Positions 18,848 through 29,239 of a stretch of 64,000 nucleotides of DNA are shown here, piece after piece. Under the pieces are notes generated by a model. It was not told the origin of the DNA. It worked only from the letters and a program-made list of their open reading frames with translations, and made no database searches. Both the position numbers and the translations under genes were made by a program. Every line of letters begins with the position of its first letter. The first letter of the stretch is position 1. The stretch spans positions 773 to 64,772 of the forward strand of contig CAWIFB010000014.1 of assembly GCA_963835335.1 (NCBI GenBank), written 5' to 3'. Origin of the DNA: an uncultured Chloroflexia bacterium. Lineage in GTDB: Bacteria; Chloroflexota; Limnocylindria; Limnocylindrales; CSP1-4.

Positions 18848-19362
18848 CCCAGCTCGCTCCGCCGACGGTTCGACTGCTCGTCTGCGGCAACGCGGACCGC
18901 GGTGACGACGGTGCGGCCCTGAGCGCCGTCGCGACCCTGCTGCCGTCGCTCCCGACGGCCATGCTCGAGCGCCTGGAGGTGCGCCGCTGCGGCCACCTGC
19001 GCGTGGAGGACCTGATCGACGTCCGGGCGGGAGAGCTCGCCATCGTCGTGGACGCGGCGGTCGGGATCGCCCCGGGCCACATCGTGACCCTGCCCATCTA
19101 CCAGATCGTCGGCGACGCCGACGCGCCAACGCCGCGATCGTCACACGAGCTCCCGGTCGACCAGGTCCTGGGCCTCGCGCAGACGCTCCGGCCGGGCGGC
19201 CTGCCCGAGGGGTCGTTCGTCGGGATCGGCGGGCGACGGTTCGGCTACGGCCGGCCGCTGTCGCGATCGGTTCGCCTCAACATGCCCGCGTTCCAGGCGG
19301 CCATCGCCGCGGAGCTCAGCCGGCTGACGCGCGTGCCGGGCAATCCGACCGTATCCGGATAG
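18844..19362 (+). CDS. hydrogenase maturation endopeptidase (HycI/HoxW-like)
   Basis: ATG overlaps the large-subunit stop; VRLLVCGNADRGDDGAAL motif. Confidence 0.7.
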   Translation: MTQLAPPTVRLLVCGNADRGDDGAALSAVATLLPSLPTAMLERLEVRRCGHLRVEDLIDVRAGELAIVVDAAVGIAPGHIVTLPIYQIVGDADAPTPRSSHELPVDQVLGLAQTLRPGGLPEGSFVGIGGRRFGYGRPLSRSVRLNMPAFQAAIAAELSRLTRVPGNPTVSG

Positions 19363-19673
19363 CGCCGCGGTGAGCGCAGACGGGGTGTCGCTCGGGGCTC
19401 GCGGACCGATCGTCCCGGACCCGTCCGTGCCTGTCGACGCGCATCGCGGTCCAATGGCCCCCCGGCTTTGGGACGCTGCGCCCTCGGGGTCGCACGCGGA
19501 CGCGATCACCCTTAGCGCAGGTCAGCTGCGCGCCGGACCCGGCGTCCGTTCAGGGTCGGCGGCGGCCACCGGGAGCTCAACATGATCCAGGAGGCCGAAA
19601 CGGCCCAGTCGAAGCGTCCCGTCGCCGTGCGTCGGGCCGCCGGGTGCGGGCAACCGCCCGCGGAGGTGCTCGC

Positions 19674-20168
19674 GTGAATGCCGTGACATCCAGTGCGCCG
19701 CGCCAGGTCGGCGACCTGATGGCGATCGACCCGGTCCTGGTGCGCGCCGACGCGCCACTGGCCGAGGCCGCCCGGCTCATGGACAGCCGCCACGTGCACG
19801 GCCTGCCCGTCGTCGACGGCGCGAGCACGCTGGTCGGCGTCATCAGCCAGACCGACCTGCTGCGCGCCCGGGCCACGGAGTACCTGTGGGCGAACTGGTC
19901 GGATCTGCGGGTCCGGCACCTGATGACGAGCCCCGCCCTGACGGTGCATGGCGACGCCCCGCTGGTGCTGGCCGCCCGCAAGATGGAACGGCACCACGTC
20001 CATCGCCTGGTCGTGGTCGCGCCCGGGGACGATGGCCTGCCGATCGGCGTGATCTCGACGACGGACCTCGTCCGCGCGATGTCCGCGATCTACGACGCCG
20101 AGGTTCCGCCGGCGGCGTCGGACGCCAATGCGGCGCCGGATGCCCATTCGGCTGCCGCGGAGGCGTAA
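19674..20168 (+). CDS. CBS-domain pair protein
   Basis: GTG start with GGAGG upstream; two CBS motifs (HGLPVVDGASTLVGVISQTDLL; HRLVVVAPGDDGLPIGVISTTDLV). Confidence 0.7.
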   Translation: MNAVTSSAPRQVGDLMAIDPVLVRADAPLAEAARLMDSRHVHGLPVVDGASTLVGVISQTDLLRARATEYLWANWSDLRVRHLMTSPALTVHGDAPLVLAARKMERHHVHRLVVVAPGDDGLPIGVISTTDLVRAMSAIYDAEVPPAASDANAAPDAHSAAAEA

Positions 20169-20175
20169 CGCCCGG

Positions 20176-21201
20176 TCAGCCCAGCACGGCCCGCAGGACG
20201 CGCGACGCGCGGAGCGTCACCCACGGGCTCGCGGAGCCCGGCTCGTCGACATCGGCCCACAGCTTCCCGCGGTACGGGTGTTCGTTCCGCCACCGTCCGT
20301 GCGCATCCTGCCTGGCGAGGAGCAGGTCGACCAGCGGCGCCAGGCGGCGCGCGTCGACACGGTCCAGCTCGACCATCAGCTCCGCGACCTGGAGCACGTC
20401 CGCGACGTACCCGGACGGAAAGCCCAGCCGGAACCACAGGCGCGACACCGTGCCGTCCCAGCCGGCCGGGTAGGCGGCCGTCGCCGGGTCGACCGACAGC
20501 AGCAGGTCGATGCCGGCATCGATCGCGGCCTCGACCGCCGGTGATCGACGACCGGGCGGGATCGCAGCGAAGCCGCGGAGCGCCTTGACCGCGCCCCACG
20601 CGCACGGGAGCCGCTCGTTGATGCCGCACCCGAACCCTGGACCCGTGGTGCCCCAGGCGTAGTACCTCGGCGCGTCGGCTCCGCCCAGGATCGCCCGTGC
20701 CTGCCAGTCGATCGCCGCCGCGACCCTTGGATCGTCGAGCATCCCGAACGCCACCAGGGCCCGGACGAGGTTCCCGTTCAGGCAATGGAGAACGGACGAC
20801 GATGCAGGCGGCCGGTCCTCGCGCTTGGCACCCGAACAGCCGAACCCGCCCGCACTCGTCTGCGTGTGGTCGAGCACGTACGCGCATCCGGCGGCGATCC
20901 GATCGTCGGCCGGATCGGCGCCCAGCTGTTCGAGCACGATCAGGCTCCACACGGTGCCGGTGTACTTCGGCCCGTAGCCGTGGCCGGGCTTGACCCACCA
21001 GCCGGCCCGGTCCTGTGCCGCGAGGATCGGCGCGATCGGCGCATCCCGCATCGCAGCCGTTCGTGCGGCAATGACCTCCGGATCGTCAGCGGGCCGGTCC
21101 TCGAGCCAGCGCAGCGCGAGCTGGCGCACGGCCGGCCGGGATGGGTCGAGCAGCCACGGCCGCGGATCGCCGCGCAGGCGGGTTGGCCATTGGTCAGACA
21201 T
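20176..21201 (-). CDS. hypothetical protein, possible prenyltransferase/terpene-cyclase-repeat fold
   Basis: Real start MSDQWPTRLRGD at Met162 of listed ORF 20176..21684; 342 aa; start overlaps the ATPase stop by 8 nt; fold call is weak (GGFGC, WGTTGPGFGCG motifs). Confidence 0.55.
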   Translation of the reverse strand: MSDQWPTRLRGDPRPWLLDPSRPAVRQLALRWLEDRPADDPEVIAARTAAMRDAPIAPILAAQDRAGWWVKPGHGYGPKYTGTVWSLIVLEQLGADPADDRIAAGCAYVLDHTQTSAGGFGCSGAKREDRPPASSSVLHCLNGNLVRALVAFGMLDDPRVAAAIDWQARAILGGADAPRYYAWGTTGPGFGCGINERLPCAWGAVKALRGFAAIPPGRRSPAVEAAIDAGIDLLLSVDPATAAYPAGWDGTVSRLWFRLGFPSGYVADVLQVAELMVELDRVDARRLAPLVDLLLARQDAHGRWRNEHPYRGKLWADVDEPGSASPWVTLRASRVLRAVLG

Positions 21202-24007
21202 GGGACATGCCTCCTCGCCGCCGCCGGCGGCTTCCCTGCTTGAAGATCCATCCGCGGCGGCGGGCGAGCTTATCGAGCTCGACCGCGACGAAGCCCACCG
21301 TCGACGCCCCGAGCACGACGGCGAGCTCGAGCGGGCCCAGCGCCTCGGTCTCGAACAGCGGATGGAGCGGCGTGACGTAGACGAGCGCCAGCTGGAGCAC
21401 CGCGCTGCCCAGTACGGCCAGGGCGAGTGGCAGGTTTGAACGCATCCCGAGGCTGCGCGTGCTCTCCGTCGTCGAGCGGACCGCGACCGCGTTGCCCAGC
21501 TGGAGAAGAGCGAGCGTCGTGAACACCATGGTCTGCCATTCCCAGCCCGCCTCGATCGCGATCGCCTGGAGGGCGAGCGTGACCATGGCCATGAGGACGC
21601 CGACCCACAGCGCCTGATGCCACAGGCCGGCACCGAGGATCGACTCGTCGCGTTGCCGGGGCGGCCGCGCCATCGTACCGGCATGCACCGGCTCGACGCT
21701 CAGGGCAAGCGCGGGCAGACCGTCGGTGACGAGGTTGATCCACAGGATCTGGACCGCGAGCAGCGGGATCGGAAGCCCGATCACGGGCGCCATGGCCATG
21801 ACCCAGATCTCCGCCGAGTTCGTGGTCAGCATGTAGCGCAGGAAGCGGCGGATGTTGTCATAGATCCGCCGGCCCTCCTCGACGGCCGCGACGATCGTCG
21901 CGTAGTCGTCGTCCGCAAGGACCATGTCGGACGCTTCCTTGCTGACCTCGGTCCCCGTGATCCCCATCGCGACTCCGATGTCGGCGAGCTGCAGCGCCGG
22001 GGCGTCGTTCACGCCATCGCCGGTCATCGCGACGATCGCGCCGCGTCGCCGCCAGGCCGCGATGATGTCGAGCTTCTGCTCAGGGTTGGTCCGGGCGTAG
22101 ACCCCGATCCGGTCGATCGATCGCGCGAGCTCGTCGACGCCCATCGCCTCCAGGTCCGCTCCGGTCACGGCGATGCGGCCGTCGCCCAGGATGCCGATCC
22201 GCGCGGCAATCGCGCTGGCGGTGAGGGGATGGTCGCCGGTGATCATCACGGGGGTGATCCCGGCGGCGCGGCTGGCGCTGATCGCGGCCGCCACGTGGTG
22301 CCGCGGCGGATCCTGCATCGCCACCAGGCCGGCCAGCCGGAAATCGTGCTCGACGTCCGTGATCGACGGCGGCCTCGCCGCGAGCCGTCGATCGGCGAGG
22401 GCAAGCACCCGGTACCCGTCGGCGGCCAATCGTCCGGCAACCTCGAGGGCGGCGGCCGCATGTCCGGCCTCGTCGGGCGCCAGGAGCGGGATCACGGCCT
22501 CCGGTGCGCCCTTGAGTGCGGCGAGGATGCAGTCGCCGTCCACGTGGAGCGTCATCATCCGGCGGCGGCTCGAGTCGAACGTCAACTCCTCGCGGCGCGG
22601 GTAACGGTCGCGCAGGGCATCGCGATCGATGCCGCGGCGGGCGGCCAATGCCAGCAGCGCAGCCTCGGTCGGGTCGCCCGTGATCGACCAGTCGCCGGCC
22701 GGCTCCGCCGGCGGCACCAGTGCCGCGTCGTTGCAGAGCGCAGCGACCCGCACCAGGGCGTCAAACCGCTCGTCACCGTCGGGCGCCGGGTCGACAGTGC
22801 CACTGGGGTTGTAGCCGTCCCCCGTCATCTGGTACTCGGCGGTCGGCGTCCAGACGCGCTCCACGAGCATCCGGTTCTCGGTCAGCGTGCCCGTCTTGTC
22901 CGAGCACACGACGCTGACCGACCCGAGCGTCTCCACCGCCGGCAGCCGGCGGACGAGCGCCCGTCGCGCGGCCATTCGCCGGGCGCCGAGCGCAAGGGCG
23001 ATGGTGATCACGGCCGGCAGTCCCTCGGGGATCGCGGCCACCGCCAGGCTGACCGCAGTGAGGAACATCGTCTCGATGGCCTCGCCCCTCGCCATGCCCA
23101 TCGCGAACACCAGGACACACACCGCCAGGGCGATCGCGGCCAGCTGTGCGCCGAGGCGCCCCAGACGGCGCTGGAGCGGGGTCTGCTGGTCGGCCTGCCG
23201 CTGGATCAGCTCCGCAACACGGCCGATCCCGGTCGCCATCCCGGTGCTGACCACGATGCCCGTTCCTCGTCCGAAGGTGACCGCGGTACCGCTGAACGCC
23301 ATGTTGACCTGGTCGCCGAGCAGCGCCGCAGTGACGTCCGGCAGGGGATCGATCGACTTGTCGACAGGCTCGGACTCGCCGGTCAGCGTCGCCTCGTCGA
23401 TCCGCAGCGACTGTGCGGATATCAAACGGAGGTCGGCCCCGACGAAGTCGCCCGCCGCGATCGAGACCAGGTCCCCGGGGACGAGCTCCGGGGCGGGGAC
23501 GCTCATCGACGTTCCGCCGCGGATGACGGTGACCATCGGGGAGGTGAGCCGCCGGAGCGCGGCCATCGCCCGCTCCGCTCGATACTCCTGGGCGAACCCG
23601 ATCAGGGCATTGAGCATGACGATCGTGAGGATGACGACCGTGTCCTTGAGGTCGCCGATCAATGCGACGATCGCGGCGGCCACGATGAGCACCAGGATCA
23701 TCGGGCTCGTCACCTGTCGCGCGAGGACCTGCCAGGCCGAGACGTGCGCCCGGTCCTGGAGCTCGTTGGCGCCGAAATGGGCCAGACGGGCCGCAGCCTC
23801 CGAGGCATCGATCCCGTGCTCCGGATCCGTGCCCAGGCGCGAGGCGACCGCTTCAGCCGGCAGGTGCCACGGCGCCTCGATCGCCGCCGGTGGCTCCGGA
23901 CGGGAATCCGGATCCGTTGGGGCCGTGGCGGGATGTGGCAGGCGCGTGGGTGCGGGTACGGTCACCGATTGCTCCCGGCCCGCCGAACGCGGGCCTGCGA
24001 CCAGCAT
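21194..24007 (-). CDS. cation-transporting P-type ATPase (P2/P3-type; Ca2+/Mg2+/H+ subgroup unresolved)
   Basis: 937 aa; DKTGTLT phosphorylation site, TGDGVNDAPAL hinge, MITGDHPLTA and ten predicted TM helices; N-terminal extension of about 45 aa. Confidence 0.9.
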   Translation of the reverse strand: MLVAGPRSAGREQSVTVPAPTRLPHPATAPTDPDSRPEPPAAIEAPWHLPAEAVASRLGTDPEHGIDASEAAARLAHFGANELQDRAHVSAWQVLARQVTSPMILVLIVAAAIVALIGDLKDTVVILTIVMLNALIGFAQEYRAERAMAALRRLTSPMVTVIRGGTSMSVPAPELVPGDLVSIAAGDFVGADLRLISAQSLRIDEATLTGESEPVDKSIDPLPDVTAALLGDQVNMAFSGTAVTFGRGTGIVVSTGMATGIGRVAELIQRQADQQTPLQRRLGRLGAQLAAIALAVCVLVFAMGMARGEAIETMFLTAVSLAVAAIPEGLPAVITIALALGARRMAARRALVRRLPAVETLGSVSVVCSDKTGTLTENRMLVERVWTPTAEYQMTGDGYNPSGTVDPAPDGDERFDALVRVAALCNDAALVPPAEPAGDWSITGDPTEAALLALAARRGIDRDALRDRYPRREELTFDSSRRRMMTLHVDGDCILAALKGAPEAVIPLLAPDEAGHAAAALEVAGRLAADGYRVLALADRRLAARPPSITDVEHDFRLAGLVAMQDPPRHHVAAAISASRAAGITPVMITGDHPLTASAIAARIGILGDGRIAVTGADLEAMGVDELARSIDRIGVYARTNPEQKLDIIAAWRRRGAIVAMTGDGVNDAPALQLADIGVAMGITGTEVSKEASDMVLADDDYATIVAAVEEGRRIYDNIRRFLRYMLTTNSAEIWVMAMAPVIGLPIPLLAVQILWINLVTDGLPALALSVEPVHAGTMARPPRQRDESILGAGLWHQALWVGVLMAMVTLALQAIAIEAGWEWQTMVFTTLALLQLGNAVAVRSTTESTRSLGMRSNLPLALAVLGSAVLQLALVYVTPLHPLFETEALGPLELAVVLGASTVGFVAVELDKLARRRGWIFKQGSRRRRRGGMSHV

Positions 24008-24147
24008 CCGGTGCGGAACGCGCGGACCCGAGGGCTGATCGTCACGACCGGATGGGTCGCGACTCCCGACCGGACGCCCTCACTTCCGACCGCTCGTGCG
24101 GCCGGCCGGCTCGCGCCGGGCGGCTCGCGCCGGGCGGCTCGATACCC

Positions 24148-24699
24148 TCAGGCGATGACCGACTCGAGCCCTGCCTCGTAGCCGGCGTCGAACGCCGCGA
24201 CGTCGAGCTCGACCATCTCCGGGTGGCGCGACCCGAGGAGCACCGTGAGCGCTCCGTGGACGCTCTCGCGCTCGACGAACCGGCGCCGGCCGATGAGGGC
24301 ACCCAGCGCGACCACCGACACCAGCTTGTCGTCGCCGGCGCGGCGCGCCAGCGAGGTGCACGGGACCAGCAGCGCCTCGATGTCCGTGCGGCGCGGCTCC
24401 GCCTCGATCAGCGTCGTGTTGACCACGAGCAGCCCGCCACGGGCGACCAGCGGCTCGTACTTGGCCATCGACGGGGGATTGAGGACGACGGCATGGTCGG
24501 CGCGGTCCACGACCGGCGACCCGATCGGCCGATCGGCGACGATGACGGTGCACGACGCGGTCCCGCCGCGCATCTCGGGGCCGTAGCTGGGGATCCAGAT
24601 GACCTCGCGTCCCTCGAGCACGGCCGCCTGGGCGAGGACCTTGCCGGCGAACAGGATTCCCTGGCCGCCGAACCCGGCGAAGAGCGTGGAACGTTCCAT
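24148..24699 (-). CDS. 2-oxoacid:ferredoxin oxidoreductase, gamma subunit
   Basis: Start Met58 of the listed ORF (MERSTLFAGFGGQGILFAGK) with a strong RBS GGGGACGGAGG; stop overlaps nothing, beta stop abuts (ATGA). Confidence 0.8.
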   Translation of the reverse strand: MERSTLFAGFGGQGILFAGKVLAQAAVLEGREVIWIPSYGPEMRGGTASCTVIVADRPIGSPVVDRADHAVVLNPPSMAKYEPLVARGGLLVVNTTLIEAEPRRTDIEALLVPCTSLARRAGDDKLVSVVALGALIGRRRFVERESVHGALTVLLGSRHPEMVELDVAAFDAGYEAGLESVIA

Positions 24700-24701
24700 C
24701 G

Positions 24702-25576
<875 letters not shown>

Positions 25577-25580
<4 letters not shown>

Positions 25581-26737
25581 CGCACACCTTCCTTCGTCAT
25601 CGGGGTCACCGACCAGGCGCGGCGGGTCGCCGCCAGCACCTCGTCGGGGCTCGGCACCATGCCGCCGGTCCGGCCGTGGTGGAACACGGGCACGGCGCCT
25701 TCGATCGCCAGCCGGACGTCCTCGACCAGCTGGCCGGCGGACAGCTCGACGGCCAGCACCGCGCGTGCGCTCGCGGCCGCGGTGCGGAGCTCCCCGGCCG
25801 GGAACGGCCACAGCGTGATCGGGCGGAACAACCCGGCCCGCAGCCCGTCGTCCCGGGCGCGCTCGACGGCCGTGCGCGCGATGCGCGCCGCCGTGCCGTA
25901 GGCCACGAGCACGACCTCGGCGTCCTCGAGCGCCTCGCCGGCCCAACGCCGCTCGTTCGCGGTGATCTCCGCGTACACGGCCTGGAGCGTGTCGTTGTGG
26001 TGCTCGAGGTCCTCGGGGCGCAGGTGGAGCGACCTGACCACCCGGGGCGCGCGGTCCTCGGCGCCGCTCAGCGTCCAGTCGGCCGGCGTGCGCTCGATCG
26101 ACCGGAACCGGGGAGCGACGGGCTCCATGGCCTGGCCGAGGATGCCGTCCGCGAGCAGGATGACCGGCGTGCGATACCGCTCCGCCAGCGTGAACGCGTC
26201 GCCGACCAGCTCGATCGCCTCCGCGATCGACGATGGCGCCAGCACCGGGGTCCGGTAGTCACCGTGCCCGTGGCCCTTGGTCGCCTGGAGGTAGTCGCCC
26301 TGGGCGGCGCCGATGCTGCCGAGGCCCGGTCCGCCGCGCATGACGTTGACCAGCACCACCGGCAGGCGCGAACCCGCCATGTACGACATCGCCTCGGCCA
26401 TCAGGCTGATCCCGGGGCTGGAGCTCGACACCAGCACGCGCGCGCCCGCGGCGGATGCGCCGAGCGCCATGTTGATCGCGGCCAGCTCGCTCTCGGCCTG
26501 GACGAACACGCGGCCCTCTTCGGGCATCCGGCGCGCCATCCATTCGAGCAGCTCGGCCTGGGGGGTGATCGGGTAGCCGAAGTACGCGTCGCACCCGGCG
26601 GCGATCGCGGCCTCGGCGATCGCCTCGTTGCCCTTCATCAGGACCCGCTCCTCGGCGGGCGGTGCGGATCCAGCCTCGAGTGCGGCGGCGATCGGGCGCC
26701 GGCCGGCCCTGGGCGCGGCGTGCGCGTGTGCGGCCAT
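25577..26737 (-). CDS. 2-oxoacid:ferredoxin oxidoreductase, alpha subunit
   Basis: ATG 26737 (or TTG 26743) with AGGGGG upstream; MKGNEAIAEAAIAAGCDAYFGYPITP N-terminus typical of PorA/KorA. Confidence 0.85.
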
Positions 26738-26739
26738 CG

Positions 26740-27024
26740 TCAAGCCCCCCTGGGTCGGGCGAAGATCGTGAGCGCCGCGTCAGGGCAGACTCGCGCGCAC
26801 TTCGCGCAGCTGGTGCATCCCGCGGCGTCGGTCAGCCGGACGGGATGGTGGCCCATCGCGTTGACGACCCCCACATCGAGCTCGAGCACGCGCGGCTGGC
26901 AGGCGGCGACGCACAGGCCACAGCCCTTGCATCGCTCGGTTGAGACAACGACCGGCTGGAACGCCGGGACACCGCGATCGAGCTGCCGAAGTGGGGCATC
27001 GACGAGCGGGGTGGACATGGCCAT
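26740..27024 (-). CDS. 4Fe-4S dicluster ferredoxin (delta subunit of the oxidoreductase)
   Basis: Start MAMSTPLVDAP (Met59 of the listed ORF) with RBS GGAGGTG; CKGCGLCVAACP and CTSCAKCARVCP. Confidence 0.8.
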   Translation of the reverse strand: MAMSTPLVDAPLRQLDRGVPAFQPVVVSTERCKGCGLCVAACQPRVLELDVGVVNAMGHHPVRLTDAAGCTSCAKCARVCPDAALTIFARPRGA

Positions 27025-27151
27025 GCAGGCACCTCCGACCTCGAGGATGGGCGCGTCCGGTGGGCTGCGGCAGGGCCGAATTACTGCCCGCGGCGGGCCG
27101 GACCGCCCGACCCACCCGGCCAAGGGTCGTGCGCCCCCTGCCGCGCTGCGC

Positions 27152-27610
27152 CTACTCCGACAAACCCTGGCGGCGCGGTGCGTCGCCCGCCAGCGCACGC
27201 ACGCGGGCGACGAGCTCCTGCTCGGTCAGCCGCTCCGCCGCCGAGGAGTGCACGTGCCGGCGACGGCCGTGGCGCCGGTCATCGGCGCGCAGGTTGCGCT
27301 CCAGCCGTTCGCGCACGATCCCGGGACCGACGACCGTCACGTCGTCGATGTCCGGGACATGGCGGGCGACGTCCTCCAGGAATGCCCGGAGGTGGCTGCG
27401 CCGCGCCCGCTCGGCGACATCCGCGGTCGCGCCGCCGCCGCCATGGCGGATGGTCGGATCCACCCGCACGTGCGGCGTCGATCGATGCCGCCCGGGCACG
27501 TCGGAGCGGATCCGCTCGACCGCCGCCCGATCGGCCCAGCGAACGATGATGGCCTCCTCGCTGTCGATCCAGACCAGGGTTGTCGCGGCCTCAGCCGTCT
27601 GCGCGTGCAT
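27152..27610 (-). CDS. small Host_attach / bacterial eRF1-like family protein (paralog 2)
   Basis: 152 aa; RBS GGAGG 6 nt upstream; LVWIDSEEAIIVRW, SDVPGRHRSTPH...RHGG, FLEDVARHVPDIDDVTVVGPGIVRERLERNL; paralog of 13522..13881. Confidence 0.55.
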   Translation of the reverse strand: MHAQTAEAATTLVWIDSEEAIIVRWADRAAVERIRSDVPGRHRSTPHVRVDPTIRHGGGGATADVAERARRSHLRAFLEDVARHVPDIDDVTVVGPGIVRERLERNLRADDRRHGRRRHVHSSAAERLTEQELVARVRALAGDAPRRQGLSE

Positions 27611-27622
27611 CGACGCCTCCGA

Positions 27623-28141
27623 TCACCGGGCCCAGGCGGGCATGCCGTCATCCCGGGCGAGGTCCGCGTATGCGATCCCGGACGTTCGCTCCCAGGCGAC
27701 GCGGTCGACGTGCACCGTGTGCCGGTGGCTTCCGGCGTGGAACGAGAGCTCCGGAGCCTCGCGCAGGATGAAGTCGGCGTAGACGGGCAATCCGAACAGC
27801 TCGGGCACGGGCGGGATCGTGCCCGTCTCGCAATCCGGGGCGAGCGCGGCGAACTCCGGCTCGGACATCAGGCGGATCGCCACGGCACCCAGGACGCGGC
27901 CGGCCTTGTCGAGGTCCACGTGGTCCGGAGCATCCACCAGGAGCAGGGCCCGGCGGCCATCGCTCGTCACCACGCCGACGACCTTGGCGAAGCGCCTGGG
28001 ATCGACGTGCTCCGCGTGCGCGGTGGCCTCTGCGGTGAACGTCTCCGGATGCTCCCGCAGCTCGTATTCGACGTCATGCCCTGCCAGCCAGTCGAGCAGA
28101 CCGGCATGCGGGCCGGTGACCTTCGGGTTGTCGACGGCCAT
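27623..28141 (-). CDS. YbaK/ProX-type aminoacyl-tRNA deacylase
   Basis: Start Met142 of listed ORF 27623..28564 (MAVDNPKVTGPHAGLLDWL) with a GGAGG RBS; 172 aa; stop is 12 nt before paralog 2. Confidence 0.7.
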   Translation of the reverse strand: MAVDNPKVTGPHAGLLDWLAGHDVEYELREHPETFTAEATAHAEHVDPRRFAKVVGVVTSDGRRALLLVDAPDHVDLDKAGRVLGAVAIRLMSEPEFAALAPDCETGTIPPVPELFGLPVYADFILREAPELSFHAGSHRHTVHVDRVAWERTSGIAYADLARDDGMPAWAR

Positions 28142-28388
28142 CGCGCGCCTCCTGTCCCGGGCGGTTGCCTCGGAGCCGGCGTTTCCGGGTGTCCGATCCA
28201 GCCCGAGAATGCACGCGACCGATGTCGCAGGCGAGTGGCATCGGGTGGAGTCGGCGGTGGCCGATGGCCTGTTGCGACATGGCGGCCGCCGTCGAATCGA
28301 GCGGCAGGCTGTCCCGCACGCCGCGAACCGGGCCGACCGGCCCATCGACCAGGGGATGCGGCACGCCCACGGGTGACCCATGGCACTC

Positions 28389-28404
28389 ATGCGCATCTGC
28401 GCAT
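28389..28404. promoter_or_regulatory. perfect palindrome ATGCGCA-tc-TGCGCAT about 18 nt upstream of the ArsR start; candidate autoregulatory operator
   Basis: 7-bp inverted repeat with a 2-bp spacer read directly from the sequence. Confidence 0.45.
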
Positions 28405-28421
28405 ATGGCAATGCTTGGGCC

Positions 28422-28766
28422 ATGGACGAGATCTTGGTGCTGCAGGCAGACATCCTGAAGACCCTCGCGAGCCCCCGGCGGCTGGAGATCCTCCACCGCC
28501 TGTCGGAAGGGCCGTGCGAGGTCAGCCGGCTCGCCGACGAGCTCGGAGTCAGCCAGCCGAACATCTCCCAGCATCTCTCCGTGCTGCGAGCGAGCGGCCT
28601 CGTGGACGCCGAGCGGGACGGCCGCGAGGTTCGCTACCGGCTGTCCGATCCCGACGTGATCGTCGCCTGCGGCGTGATGCGCGGCGTGCTCACCCGGCGG
28701 CTTTCCCGCCTCGGGCGCCTGTCGACCGTCGACCAGGCCACGTCAGACCTTGTCGAGATCCAGTAG
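28422..28766 (+). CDS. ArsR/SmtB-family regulator, SqrR/BigR-like (two conserved-position Cys)
   Basis: Start MDEILVLQADILKTLASPRRLEILHRL; HTH LGVSQPNISQHLSVLRASGLV; Cys in alpha2 (GPCEVSRL) and alpha5 (VIVACGVMRG) as in persulfide sensors. Confidence 0.6.
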   Translation: MDEILVLQADILKTLASPRRLEILHRLSEGPCEVSRLADELGVSQPNISQHLSVLRASGLVDAERDGREVRYRLSDPDVIVACGVMRGVLTRRLSRLGRLSTVDQATSDLVEIQ

Positions 28767-28785
28767 CTGAGCGAGGCACGACACG

Positions 28786-29199
28786 ATGGACGAACCCCTC
28801 AACCTGGTCCTGTTCTCGGGGACCGACGACAAGCTCCAGGCCGCCGCCGTGCTGACTGCCGGTGCCGCCGCGCTGGGCAAGCAGGTCAACGTGTTCCTCC
28901 AGTACTGGGCCCTCGACGCCTTCAGCAAGGCAAAGATCGACGCCGACCACGGGCTCGCCCCGGAAGCCGGCGCGGGCGGCCGGGCAGCCGTCGATGCCCT
29001 GACCAGGGCCGGCCAGGCCAGCTGGGCCGAGACCCTTCGCCAGGCCAAGGACCTCGGCTCGGTCGACATCCAGGCCTGCTCACTGTCGATGGACCTCCTC
29101 AACCTCGAGGCCGAGGACCTCGACCCGCTCGTCGATGGCGTCGAGGGCGTGACCGCCTTCTACCTCAACGCGGGCGAGGGCCAGGTCGTCTTCATCTAG
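28786..29199 (+). CDS. DsrE/DsrF-like sulfur-relay protein
   Basis: 137 aa; DsrE fold pattern (LNLVLFSGTDDKLQAAAVL...VNVFLQYWALDA...IQACSLSMDLL). Confidence 0.65.
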   Translation: MDEPLNLVLFSGTDDKLQAAAVLTAGAAALGKQVNVFLQYWALDAFSKAKIDADHGLAPEAGAGGRAAVDALTRAGQASWAETLRQAKDLGSVDIQACSLSMDLLNLEAEDLDPLVDGVEGVTAFYLNAGEGQVVFI

Positions 29200-29239
29200 C
29201 GCACACAGCGGCGAGCGTCGCCGCGGGAAGGAGCAACGA

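Noticed and set aside
15035-19144. ORFs 15035..16543(-), 16264..17862(-), 17453..19144(-) antisense to hydrogenase genes
   Set aside because: The opposite strand encodes highly conserved hydrogenase subunits
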